Positions 1-7,480 of a stretch of 22,545 nucleotides of DNA are shown piece by piece. Both the position numbers and the translations under genes were made by a program. Position 1 is the first letter of the stretch. Every line of letters begins with the position of its first letter. Below the pieces are notes generated by a model. That model had not been told where the DNA came from, ran no database searches, and saw nothing but the letters and a program-made list of their open reading frames with translations. Origin of the DNA: a virus (lineage: Duplodnaviria > Heunggongvirae > Uroviricota > Caudoviricetes); the IMG/VR virus record IMGVR_UViG_2778261065_000029, positions 1 through 22,545 of that record. One strand, written 5' to 3'.

Positions 1-1251
1 GTGCTTACCGATACAAAATTAAAAAACCTCAAGCCGCAGGACAAACTGTACAAGGTCTCCGATCGTGACGGGCTGTATGTAGCTGTGCTTACGTCAGGCA
101 CGGTCTCGTTTCGCTATGACTACCGTATCAACGGTCGCCGCGAAACACTGGTAATCGGGCAGTATGGGCGTGACGGTATCAGCCTGGCAGAAGCGCGAGA
201 AGAACTGATTGCTGCAAAGAAGCTGCTTAAAGCAGGCCAGTCGCCGGCTGCGGCTAAACGTGACGGTATCAAAAAGATTCGTGGTGCCGAGACGTTTGCG
301 GTACATACCGACAGTTATATGAAACACGTCATCCTGGCTGACAGTACCCGCGCAATGAAGCAGGCGGTGATCGACCGTGACATACTTCCGGTTCTTGGCA
401 ACAAAATGATGGCTGAAATTACCACATCGATGGTTCGTGATTTGTGTGACCGGATTGTCGAACGCGGTGGTCGGGCAACAGCAGTACAGGCCAGGGAGAT
501 CATCAGCAGCGTATACCGTCACGCCAATGACCGTGGTCATGGTTTGTTTAATCCTGCGGCTGACATTAAACCTTCGTCTATCGCCATATTTAAACCACGA
601 GAGCGAACACTGACACCAGAAGAAATTGGCCTGTTCTTCCGCACGCTGGATGCCATTGGTGCTATGGGCACTATGAAAATGGCTTTAAAGCTGGTGCTTA
701 TCACTATGGTTCGTAAAGGCGAATTCACCAATGCAACGTGGGATGAAATAGATTTTAAAAAATGGACATGGACAATTCCTTCAGACCGCATGAAGGGAAG
801 CCGGGCGCACGTTATTTACCTGCCTAAACAGGCACAGGATATATTGGTTGGGTTGCAGATGTGCGCTGGTGGAAGTGAATATCTGGTTCCTGGTCGTTAC
901 AATTTCCGGAAGCCATTATCTAATGCCGCGCTGAACTCTCTGATCGACAGAACGGTGAAAATAATAAATGAAGATGGTGAGCATATTCAGGGCTTCACCG
1001 TACACGATATGCGCCGTACAGCCAGTACGTTGTTGCATGAGGCTGGTTATCCTTCAGACTGGATTGAAAAGGCTCTGGCACATGAGCAGAAAGGTGTGCG
1101 CGCCGTATATAACAAAGCGGAATACGCCAGACAGCGCGCCTACATGTTGCAGCAGTGGGCCGATATGATTGATTCCTGGATTAACGGGGAGCATACGGAT
1201 CTGATTCCGTTCTCCCCGTCGAAGTTTGAGAAGTGGATGGCGGGGGAATAA
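1..1251 (+). CDS. int: Tyrosine recombinase / phage integrase (P4-like family); 5' end may be cut by the window edge
   Basis: 416-aa ORF starting at window position 1 (GTG). N-terminal KLKNLKPQDKLYKVSDRDGLY arm-type segment and C-terminal catalytic-region residues (HDMRRTAST, LAHE, VRAVYNKAEY with terminal Tyr) typical of tyrosine integrases. Family call from memory. Confidence 0.85.
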   Translation: MLTDTKLKNLKPQDKLYKVSDRDGLYVAVLTSGTVSFRYDYRINGRRETLVIGQYGRDGISLAEAREELIAAKKLLKAGQSPAAAKRDGIKKIRGAETFAVHTDSYMKHVILADSTRAMKQAVIDRDILPVLGNKMMAEITTSMVRDLCDRIVERGGRATAVQAREIISSVYRHANDRGHGLFNPAADIKPSSIAIFKPRERTLTPEEIGLFFRTLDAIGAMGTMKMALKLVLITMVRKGEFTNATWDEIDFKKWTWTIPSDRMKGSRAHVIYLPKQAQDILVGLQMCAGGSEYLVPGRYNFRKPLSNAALNSLIDRTVKIINEDGEHIQGFTVHDMRRTASTLLHEAGYPSDWIEKALAHEQKGVRAVYNKAEYARQRAYMLQQWADMIDSWINGEHTDLIPFSPSKFEKWMAGE

Positions 1252-1254
1252 CGT

Positions 1255-1449
1255 TTAATAGTTCTGCTGATTTTCTTCCATCTCTGCTTCTGCTGCCAGT
1301 GATTCAATTTTGTTTTCGAATATTGCTGACAGTGTTGCAAATTCAGCATCAGTGACGGCGGGAATTGGAACAAACCTGATCCCGCTGTGTGCAAGCATGT
1401 TTGCAGTTTCAAGGCATTTTCTTAAATCTGCTGGTGATGCCCTGTTCAT
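1255..1449 (-). CDS. Hypothetical small protein (64 aa), translationally coupled to the upstream methyltransferase
   Basis: ATG at 1449 overlaps the methyltransferase TGA stop (ATGA on the minus strand). Track ORF 1255..1569 trimmed to the internal Met (MNRASPADL...). No recognisable domain. Confidence 0.35.
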   Translation of the reverse strand: MNRASPADLRKCLETANMLAHSGIRFVPIPAVTDAEFATLSAIFENKIESLAAEAEMEENQQNY

Positions 1450-2096
1450 GCAGCACGCTCCCGCCCCTGGTTGTCTGTTGGTGACAGCGGAGAATTGCTG
1501 AATGCATTTGTTAATCCGCCAATATCCAACGCGTATCCAGGGTGTAGTTGCACTGCCGGGTCTTCGCACTGATTACCCCAAACATCGAAGCCATGAGACG
1601 ACTGGCGGGCGAATAGTTCAATGCGAGAAACATCGCCTAACAATTGCACAAGTTTTTCACGAACGACATCTGGTTTTCTTGAGTGCTCAAGCCGCGGTGC
1701 GGTAAATGACTGAACGATCCCTGCATTAATGCGCGGAGGTAGTTTTCCCTTTACCGCAAACAGGCAATCTTCACTATTGGCGCGAGTCATGTGTCCCATA
1801 CCCATAACAAGTTTATCTGGTTGTCGACTACCACATTTTATCCACGTGAAGCCCTTCATCGTCATCAGACGGAATCCCCAGGCTTCAACAACTTTTAGTG
1901 CTTCGAGTGGTTGTGTTGGCACCCACCACATGGCCAACAGACAGTTTTCATCGGCCAAATCCCACACAGGAAGGCGGCAGATATCCAGCACACTCATAAC
2001 CGGATATTTAAAACCGGCACCGCGATTACCATCTGCGGCTTTGTCCCGGTATACCCAGGGTGGATCTGCATAGATTAGTGTGTATTTCTTAGTCAT
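1446..2096 (-). CDS. DNA N6-adenine methyltransferase, MT-A70 / phage Dam-like family
   Basis: N-terminal LIYADPPWVY (DPPW catalytic motif) with downstream conserved hydrophobic blocks (LAMWWVPTQ, WGF). Start placed at ATG 2096 (MTKKY) with GGGTGG upstream, not the GTG at 2108. Confidence 0.8.
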   Translation of the reverse strand: MTKKYTLIYADPPWVYRDKAADGNRGAGFKYPVMSVLDICRLPVWDLADENCLLAMWWVPTQPLEALKVVEAWGFRLMTMKGFTWIKCGSRQPDKLVMGMGHMTRANSEDCLFAVKGKLPPRINAGIVQSFTAPRLEHSRKPDVVREKLVQLLGDVSRIELFARQSSHGFDVWGNQCEDPAVQLHPGYALDIGGLTNAFSNSPLSPTDNQGRERAA

Positions 2097-2388
2097 AAAC
2101 CACCCCACAACATCCTATGCCGCTATAGTCGCCACGGCGAAGGCCGTTACCTTTTGTGATACATTGGTCCCTGCGAACCGCGATCCTTGCACGTTCAACA
2201 TCACCAGAAGCAACATCCATACACTGAAGCCAAAGGTGGGCGGCAATGCGGAACTGCCCTTTTTTCTCTCTTTCAATCGCGCGTTTTTCGATCTCTATCG
2301 CCGCAGGAGTAACGGCGACAATCTTTGACGGACTGCGCATTGAAACCTTGTTCATGTGATATTTTTCAAGTCGGCTTAACTTTCTCAC
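2089..2388 (-). CDS. Hypothetical protein (start uncertain: GTG 2388, ATG 2355 or ATG 2340)
   Basis: ORF whose TAA stop overlaps the methyltransferase start (ATGACTAA), suggesting translational coupling. No recognisable domain and a weak ribosome-binding site. Confidence 0.3.
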   Translation of the reverse strand: MRKLSRLEKYHMNKVSMRSPSKIVAVTPAAIEIEKRAIEREKKGQFRIAAHLWLQCMDVASGDVERARIAVRRDQCITKGNGLRRGDYSGIGCCGVVYD

Positions 2389-2497
2389 TTAATCCAACCC
2401 TCTCTGAAAATTAATGCCAGCAGATAAAGCCATGCTGAAACAGAGGCCAGGAATAAGTACCATCCTGACCATTTGCTCCAGTGCCTTAGCAGCGCAC

Positions 2498-2746
2498 TCA
2501 TGCAGCGTTGCTCACGGGACGATATACACGTTGCTGAACAGGAGGTTTTTTACCCTGGAACTCTGCCGGGCTTGCTGCCTGACGTTCATCAAGCCAACGC
2601 TCAACTTCGTCACGGTTCCATGCGCAGCGTTTGTCAGTGATATACCAGCGTTTAGGAAATTCCCCTGCGCGCTCCATACGGTCGATAGTGCTCCATGACA
2701 GTGGCACCACCGCCAGGAGTTCCTTCTTACCTAATGCACCTTTCAT
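2498..2746 (-). CDS. AlpA-family / excisionase-like small DNA-binding protein
   Basis: 82-aa ORF with a winged-helix-like segment (LSWSTIDRMERAGEFP...WNRDEVERWL) resembling AlpA/Xis regulators. GAGAGG ribosome-binding site upstream of ATG 2746. Confidence 0.6.
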   Translation of the reverse strand: MKGALGKKELLAVVPLSWSTIDRMERAGEFPKRWYITDKRCAWNRDEVERWLDERQAASPAEFQGKKPPVQQRVYRPVSNAA

Positions 2747-2795
2747 AAATACCTCTCTTGGTTGCAGTGCGGCGCGTGTGGCGCCGCGGTGGTGG

Positions 2796-3677
2796 TTACA
2801 TAGATGTTTCGTTTAATTCTTCCCGACGAACGCTGTAAACGTCGGTGGCTTTTGCCAGCAGTTCGTCATCATCTGAAAGTTTTTGTGCAATGTATTTGTA
2901 AGCCTTATCCAGTTCGGAGACAGTGCTGTAATTCATCGCTGCGCTGGTAAAGGCCATCAGCATTTCTTCTGGATCACGGCTATCCGCTTTACGAGTTTGC
3001 TCATCAGGCTTTTTCACTGGTTTAGCGTTGATCAGACTGTTCATTCCCGCAGCAGTAGTTGTTTGCGGAGTAATGTCTCGCTCAACGCGCGGTGCCGTTT
3101 CCTGTAATTCGTCAGGGGTGTAAACACCGAGAAGCACATCAGGAGCGTGCAGGCGAGCCCATCGTTTCGTGCAAAGATAGGCAAGCTGCTGGCGCGGATC
3201 CTGTTCCCACAATGGAGAGTTACGCACTCCGGCTTGCGCCATACTGATGGTAAGCTCACGGGGTTCTGCTTCTCCTTTAAGAACTGCTGACACAGTTACC
3301 GTCAGATTCGGTGATTTATCTGTTTTGCCGTTAACATTCGACCAGTCACCGCTCCAGCGATAATTCAGGCGTGTCGCTAGCAGGCTGGAAGAGGATACGA
3401 CCGCGTTTACCAACTGTGCTTCGTAGCCTAACGTTCCGTTTACCACATGCGTTTTCTGCGCCACGGCGAAAGGGTTCATTCCCCACTGTGCCGCCTGCAT
3501 GGTCACCGCCAGACAATCGGCAGTTTTGCCTTCAAGATGTTTCGGTACAGTCGCTTTGCTTTGTGACATCAACTCCGCGAAACGCACCAGTTGATTCATG
3601 CCCTCCGGGCTGAAGATTGCCGCAGCAGTACCTACAGTTGCGCCTGGTTGTGATGTGATTGCGATATCATTGCTCAT
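2796..3677 (-). CDS. RecT/Redbeta-family single-strand annealing protein
   Basis: 293-aa ORF with a conserved core (QAAQWGMNPF...GYEAQL) and an ERDITP segment also present in lambda Bet. ATG overlaps the stop of the upstream exonuclease (ATGA). Confidence 0.8.
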   Translation of the reverse strand: MSNDIAITSQPGATVGTAAAIFSPEGMNQLVRFAELMSQSKATVPKHLEGKTADCLAVTMQAAQWGMNPFAVAQKTHVVNGTLGYEAQLVNAVVSSSSLLATRLNYRWSGDWSNVNGKTDKSPNLTVTVSAVLKGEAEPRELTISMAQAGVRNSPLWEQDPRQQLAYLCTKRWARLHAPDVLLGVYTPDELQETAPRVERDITPQTTTAAGMNSLINAKPVKKPDEQTRKADSRDPEEMLMAFTSAAMNYSTVSELDKAYKYIAQKLSDDDELLAKATDVYSVRREELNETSM

Positions 3678-4495
3678 ACGTACATATCCTGTTTACGTGC
3701 CCAGTCAGGGCGTTTAATAATTTCCACGCCGCCCCATTCATCATTGATGCGGCATTCGTGATAGGTATTCAGATCCCGGCGGAACAGAGCGTGCCCGGCA
3801 TCGACATCCGGCGCATCCAGCTCGAACACGCGTACCGGATACCGACCACAATCAATGCTTTCGCTCACGGCAAGAAAGAAAAAACCATGCGACTGACCAG
3901 TAACCCTCATTGCGCCTTCGCGGTACATTGCGTCCTGCACGTGGTAGCGGAATTCCTCGATGTGGCGTGCAAAACGATCCATATCTGCAACCTTTTTCAC
4001 GTCGACGATCACGTTGTGCTCGTTCAGCCATTTGTCTGGACGAATGCGGCACAACTCACCAGTCTCTTCATCATTCCAGTACATTGATGCTTCGCAGTAA
4101 CCAGGTGCTTCCAGCATCCAGCGTGCCGCCGGGTGAGCCATTGCGCTATCACGCATCAGCTCCAGTTTCCGCCACTGCTCGGCATCAAGTACCGTAATCC
4201 CCATATCCGCTACATCACGAAGAAATGCTTCTTCGTCAGCTTTACCTTGTTTCGTCCGACGATCGAACTTCGGTGAAACAATGAAGCGTTTGTCGAATTC
4301 TCCAGGCTCCAGAAGCAGAGAGTGCAATGCGGTTCCCATATCCAGTGCAGACTTTTTCTCTTCGTCTTCTGGTGCTGCCTGAACCCATTTAAGAAGCGCC
4401 GGATTCTTGGCAACCATGTCCAGTTGCGACTTACTCACGCCGTCACCGGCGTGGTAGTCTTCGTTGCTGATGTCGAAATAAATTCCCGGTTTCAT
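3674..4495 (-). CDS. PD-(D/E)XK exonuclease (exonuclease VIII / DUF3799-like), partner of RecT
   Basis: 273-aa ORF with N-terminal GIYFDISNEDYHAG...SKSQL and the catalytic-type motif VIVDVKK. Adjacent and coupled to RecT as in RecET/Red modules. Confidence 0.7.
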   Translation of the reverse strand: MKPGIYFDISNEDYHAGDGVSKSQLDMVAKNPALLKWVQAAPEDEEKKSALDMGTALHSLLLEPGEFDKRFIVSPKFDRRTKQGKADEEAFLRDVADMGITVLDAEQWRKLELMRDSAMAHPAARWMLEAPGYCEASMYWNDEETGELCRIRPDKWLNEHNVIVDVKKVADMDRFARHIEEFRYHVQDAMYREGAMRVTGQSHGFFFLAVSESIDCGRYPVRVFELDAPDVDAGHALFRRDLNTYHECRINDEWGGVEIIKRPDWARKQDMYV

Positions 4496-4792
4496 GCCGC
4501 TTCCCTCTGCCCATCAATCCGATCCGCCAGATCCCAGCGGGCGATAATTGCCATTGCCTCGCGACGGTAGGCATCCATAAGTTCTTCGAACTCAGGGCTG
4601 TCTTTAGCTGCCTCCAGCACTTCCTGGCGAACGCCTTTGCCTGTTACACCGTCAAAAGTTGAGGCCAGTTGATGAAGCCGGATGCTATCAATCAGTTCAA
4701 CTTGTCGGTCATATAGCTGTTCTGACAGGCGGTAGTCCTTGTCGAATGCCAGCATGATTTTTTGAAGATTTTTCTGCTGATTAACGTTCATA
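4492..4792 (-). CDS. Hypothetical protein (99 aa) immediately upstream of the exonuclease in the operon
   Basis: ATG at 4792 preceded by GAGGTGGG; track start GTG 4797 judged less likely. Stop overlaps the exonuclease start (ATGA). No clear similarity to lambda Gam from memory. Confidence 0.5.
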
Positions 4793-4798
4793 CCCACC

Positions 4799-5833
4799 TC
4801 AATATTTGATATACGCGTCCTGCACTTTGCCGCCAGCGATAGCCAACATTGCTTTCTGCGCGAATTCTTCGGGAATGCCTTGGGCTATCAGATCTGCGAT
4901 TACTCTGCTGTTAACGGTACGGCGATGCTCTTTATCTGCAGCTCGGCGCGATTCTTCGTCGGCGATACGCTTCTGTTCGTCAAGGCGGGCTTTTTCTGCC
5001 GCCTCTTGGCGTCGGCGTTCCTCGGCAACGGCTTCTTCTTTTTCGCGTCGTGCACGCTGCTCTGCTTCAATTCGCTGACGTTCTGCTACTTCAGCACGTG
5101 CTTTTTCTTCCGCCGCCAGGCGTTCCGCAGCCTCAATTTCAGCTTTCGCTTTTTGTTCAGCTTCGAGCCTGGCCTGTTCAGCAGCTTCCCGGCGGATATT
5201 CTCTTCTCGCTCAATGCGCGCTTTTTCCTCCGCTTCTTTGCGAAGTCGCTCCAGCTCAGCGGCTTCATGCTCGCGTTTTTGAGCTACTGCGAGTGATTCT
5301 TCCAGTTTCTGGATGGTTGAATCCTTGGCTACTCCAGCTTCTGCTGCGTACTCCTGCCAACTTTCATCAAGTGCTACTGATTTAGCCTCTTGAATTCGTT
5401 CCTGAATATCAGATGATGGCAAGTAGTTTCCGGAGAGATCGATCACGTCAGCTAGTGCTCGCAAATTTGTCAGGCGTTGTTGCAGTGCTTCAGTGCGTAA
5501 TTTCTCCGCATTTTCCCACTCGGTGAGTGGGCGGCGTACTTCATCACGAAGCCGATCGCATTCGGTTACGAAGCGTCGTAACTCTGCTTCAACTACTTTC
5601 GGCTGTTCTTTCAGGCGTTTCAGATAATCACGTCCTGGTTTTTCTACCGCTGTTTTACTTCTTGAAACCTTCGCAGCCAGAGATGCAATGCGCTTTCTGC
5701 CTTTGTCTGTGCTAATGTCAGGCACTTCATTAACACCTTCACGGATCTGCTCGAGAAACTTTTCCAGCCCTTTTTCAACGTAAATTCTTGGTGCCATGTC
5801 TGGTGTGATTTCGATGATTGATAATTCACTCAT
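4799..5833 (-). CDS. Phage coiled-coil protein with a C-terminal E/A/R/K-rich (TolA-like) low-complexity repeat
   Basis: 344-aa ORF. Residues ~190-300 are almost entirely E/A/R/K/Q heptad-like repeats (EAEQKAKAEIEAAERLAAEEKARAEV...), visible in the DNA as GC-skewed repetitive sequence at ~4960-5290. Confidence 0.6.
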   Translation of the reverse strand: MSELSIIEITPDMAPRIYVEKGLEKFLEQIREGVNEVPDISTDKGRKRIASLAAKVSRSKTAVEKPGRDYLKRLKEQPKVVEAELRRFVTECDRLRDEVRRPLTEWENAEKLRTEALQQRLTNLRALADVIDLSGNYLPSSDIQERIQEAKSVALDESWQEYAAEAGVAKDSTIQKLEESLAVAQKREHEAAELERLRKEAEEKARIEREENIRREAAEQARLEAEQKAKAEIEAAERLAAEEKARAEVAERQRIEAEQRARREKEEAVAEERRRQEAAEKARLDEQKRIADEESRRAADKEHRRTVNSRVIADLIAQGIPEEFAQKAMLAIAGGKVQDAYIKY

Positions 5834-5991
5834 TTGCTAACCTCCTCCCATATCTCGTTATCGTTGGCCACATCGCGAGCTTCTTTGCTGACGAAAGCCC
5901 ACTTAATGCCTTCCTGTAAGGTGCGGAACTTCCAGCTCATGAATCCGCATGCAGTAACGCAGTACCAACCGTTGATGATTTTCCACTGCAT
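5830..5991 (-). CDS. Small ORF (53 aa), first gene of the leftward early operon; not in the supplied track (below size cutoff)
   Basis: ATG at 5991 preceded by GAGGTAAC; TGA stop overlaps the ATG of the next gene (ATGA). Trp/Cys-rich hydrophobic N-terminus (MQWKIINGWYCVTACGFMSW). Confidence 0.3.
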   Translation of the reverse strand: MQWKIINGWYCVTACGFMSWKFRTLQEGIKWAFVSKEARDVANDNEIWEEVSK

Positions 5992-6010
5992 AACTTGTTA
6001 CCTCGGTCTG

Positions 6011-6025
6011 TTACCGTTGAGGTAA
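6011..6025. promoter_or_regulatory. Operator-like palindrome TTACC-GTTGA-GGTAA (PL-like region)
   Basis: Perfect 5-bp inverted half-sites with a 5-bp spacer; one of nine copies of the same motif in intergenic regions. Confidence 0.5.
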
Positions 6026-6053
6026 TAATTATGCGTATCTGGTTTGATGTCAA
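6026..6053 (-). promoter_or_regulatory. Candidate PL-like promoter for the leftward early operon
   Basis: Minus-strand perfect -35 TTGACA (plus coords 6048-6053) with an A/T-rich TAATTAT -10-like element ~16-17 bp downstream. Flanked by operator copies at 6011-6025 and 6073-6087. By-eye prediction only. Confidence 0.3.
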
Positions 6054-6072
6054 TAGATATGAGTTAAAAAAA

Positions 6073-6087
6073 TTACCCGTTAGGTAA
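6073..6087. promoter_or_regulatory. Operator-like palindrome TTACC-CGTTA-GGTAA
   Basis: Second motif copy, upstream of the candidate PL -35 element. Confidence 0.5.
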
Positions 6088-6100
6088 TCGAATAGGCAAT

Positions 6101-6123
6101 AAAAAAGCCGCCATAAGGCGGCT
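6101..6123 (-). terminator. Intrinsic terminator downstream of the repressor gene
   Basis: Minus-strand hairpin AGCCGCC-TTAT-GGCGGCT followed by a U6 tract, about 20 nt after the repressor stop codon. Confidence 0.6.
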
Positions 6124-6144
6124 TACTTACTGAAAAATATGATT

Positions 6145-6729
6145 TTATTGTTTGTTTTTTTCGTTCTGGTTGATGACAAATTCAATGTAACTTTCGATCT
6201 TTGCCTTCTCTGTTTCAGGTAACAATGCGTAGCGCGAGCGGTCATAGTTGATAGTTGCAGGGTCATGCGGATGAATCAGTAGTTCATATCCGTGACGCCC
6301 GAATGCAGATGCAACATTCTCCAGGGTGGAAATGGAAACGCTGACCTCATTGTTTAACAGGCGGCTGATTGTCACCTGGGCGACGCCGGATGCGCGGTGA
6401 AGTTTTCCCTGTGTTGAAAGGTCGCGGCTTTCGCTCATCCAGCGTTCCAGGTTGTGAGCCGCCAGCTGACCAATGTCGCTTGGGCCGACAGGCTGAAAAC
6501 CTTCCTGAGAAAGCGAGCGATCGATATCAAGCCAGTTACGGGGTTTATTGGCGGCAGCTTCAATTTTTCGCGCAACCTGGTCGCCGATAACCTTCTTGCC
6601 AAGAGCCCAGCGGTTTACCAGATTTGCCTGAGTTCCAAGTTTTTCTGCCATCCGCGTCTGAACACCATTGAATTCACGGTCGATCAAGTCGTTGAGATTT
6701 TGCCTGCGGACGTCCTGGATACTTTTCAT
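6145..6729 (-). CDS. CI-like immunity repressor candidate with two HTH motifs and no LexA/S24-type peptidase domain
   Basis: 194-aa ORF divergent from a Cro-like gene across an operator-rich region. HTH-like segments QTRMAEKLGTQANLVNRW and RASGVAQVTISRLLNNEVSVSISTLENVA. No Ala-Gly cleavage site or Ser/Lys dyad context recognisable. Confidence 0.6.
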   Translation of the reverse strand: MKSIQDVRRQNLNDLIDREFNGVQTRMAEKLGTQANLVNRWALGKKVIGDQVARKIEAAANKPRNWLDIDRSLSQEGFQPVGPSDIGQLAAHNLERWMSESRDLSTQGKLHRASGVAQVTISRLLNNEVSVSISTLENVASAFGRHGYELLIHPHDPATINYDRSRYALLPETEKAKIESYIEFVINQNEKNKQ

Positions 6730-6784
6730 TTTCTGGAAAATCGCCTCATATATGAATCAGTAGATGATTCAATTTAAAGCAATA

Positions 6785-6799
6785 TTACCCAACAGGTAA
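6785..6799. promoter_or_regulatory. Operator-like palindrome TTACC-CAACA-GGTAA (immunity region, site A)
   Basis: Perfect half-sites in the repressor/cro intergenic region. Confidence 0.5.
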
Positions 6800-6801
6800 A
6801 T

Positions 6802-6816
6802 GCACCTCATAGGTAA
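6802..6816. promoter_or_regulatory. Degenerate operator copy gcACC-TCATA-GGTAA (immunity region, site B)
   Basis: One half-site mismatched; centre 17 bp from site A. Confidence 0.4.
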
Positions 6817-6822
6817 CTATCC

Positions 6823-6858
6823 TTGATTTTTGTTACCTTATGGGTGAATATTTATTAT
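6823..6858 (+). promoter_or_regulatory. Candidate PR-like promoter for the Cro-like gene
   Basis: -35-like TTGTTA (6830-6835) and -10-like TATTAT (6853-6858) with 17-bp spacing; alternative TTGATT/GAATAT pair. By-eye prediction only. Confidence 0.3.
6833..6847. promoter_or_regulatory. Degenerate operator copy TTACC-TTATG-GGTgA (immunity region, site C), overlapping the candidate PR spacer
   Basis: Lies between candidate -35 TTGTTA (6830-6835) and -10 TATTAT (6853-6858) elements. Confidence 0.4.
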
Positions 6859-6883
6859 CTGAAATAAATATCAGGCAATAGCT

Positions 6884-7114
6884 ATGAGCGATAACGGACA
6901 TTTCGATTTCAAAAAGCACTGGCTTGCACTTACTCCGGATGAGCGTGAAGCCTTCGCACAGGAAGCCGGAACGACGAGTCACTATATCCAGACTCACTTA
7001 ACAGGTAAGCGAAAAATGCCAGGTAAAGTATTGATGAATGGGCTTTTTAAAGCCTGTAAAACAAGACAATGGCTGCGCTCAAAAGCAGAACTGGCATACT
7101 TCTTCTACTCATGA
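6884..7114 (+). CDS. Cro-like / YdaS-type small HTH regulator
   Basis: 76-aa ORF divergent from the repressor. HTH-like segment EREAFAQEAGTTSHYIQTHLTGKRKMP resembles Cro/YdaS-type phage regulators (from memory). Confidence 0.5.
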   Translation: MSDNGHFDFKKHWLALTPDEREAFAQEAGTTSHYIQTHLTGKRKMPGKVLMNGLFKACKTRQWLRSKAELAYFFYS

Positions 7115-7136
7115 TATCCAGCTACAACCCTCTGTA

Positions 7137-7160
7137 GACCGCCATCCGGCGGTCTTTTCA
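7137..7160 (+). terminator. Intrinsic terminator after the Cro-like gene
   Basis: Hairpin GACCGCC-ATCC-GGCGGTC followed by TTTTCA. Confidence 0.5.
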
Positions 7161-7169
7161 TATCTATTC

Positions 7170-7184
7170 GTACCTTAAAGGTAA
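7170..7184. promoter_or_regulatory. Operator-like palindrome gTACC-TTAAA-GGTAA upstream of the replication genes
   Basis: Motif copy placed right after the Cro terminator and before the next operon. Confidence 0.45.
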
Positions 7185-7264
7185 TAAAAAACCAAATCTG
7201 GTTGATCTTTTTTTTGTGTCAGCACAAAATAACCGTAATCCCAATACTAATAACAGGGCTTACC

Positions 7265-7465
7265 ATGGAAATCATTACACGTATTGATGCCGCAAAGCGC
7301 GGACTTAAACGCTACTACACCGGAAAACCATGTAAGCACGGACATGACAGTGAACGCTGGGTTTACAACGGACACTGTGTTGAGTGCACCATGGAATCAA
7401 ACCGTCGCATTAGGGCAGAGATTAAGCAGATCATGATTAATTCCTCCCCACAACATTCAAGCTGA
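7265..7465 (+). CDS. Small Cys/His-containing protein (possible zinc-binding regulator), function unknown
   Basis: 66-aa ORF from an internal ATG (MEIITRIDAAKRG...) with the pattern CKHGH...CVEC. The track's longer N-terminal extension lacks support. Confidence 0.45.
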   Translation: MEIITRIDAAKRGLKRYYTGKPCKHGHDSERWVYNGHCVECTMESNRRIRAEIKQIMINSSPQHSS

Positions 7466-7480
7466 TAGCGGAGATTAATC

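Noticed and set aside
94-540. 148-aa minus-strand ORF inside the integrase gene
   Set aside because: Antisense to the integrase; no independent support.
865-872. Chi sequence GCTGGTGG (also at 22304-22311)
   Set aside because: Two occurrences in 22.5 kb is within chance expectation; not treated as a feature.
5830-5991. Whether the first gene of the leftward operon is a lambda N-like antiterminator
   Set aside because: The 53-aa product is hydrophobic and Trp/Cys-rich, not Arg-rich; no nut-like boxA/boxB elements recognised. Kept only as a low-confidence small ORF.
7186-7216. A6-stem-T8 structure (AACCA-AATC-TGGTT flanked by A- and T-runs) as a bidirectional terminator
   Set aside because: The stem is only 5 bp and AT-rich, too weak to call; more likely part of an A/T-rich promoter region.
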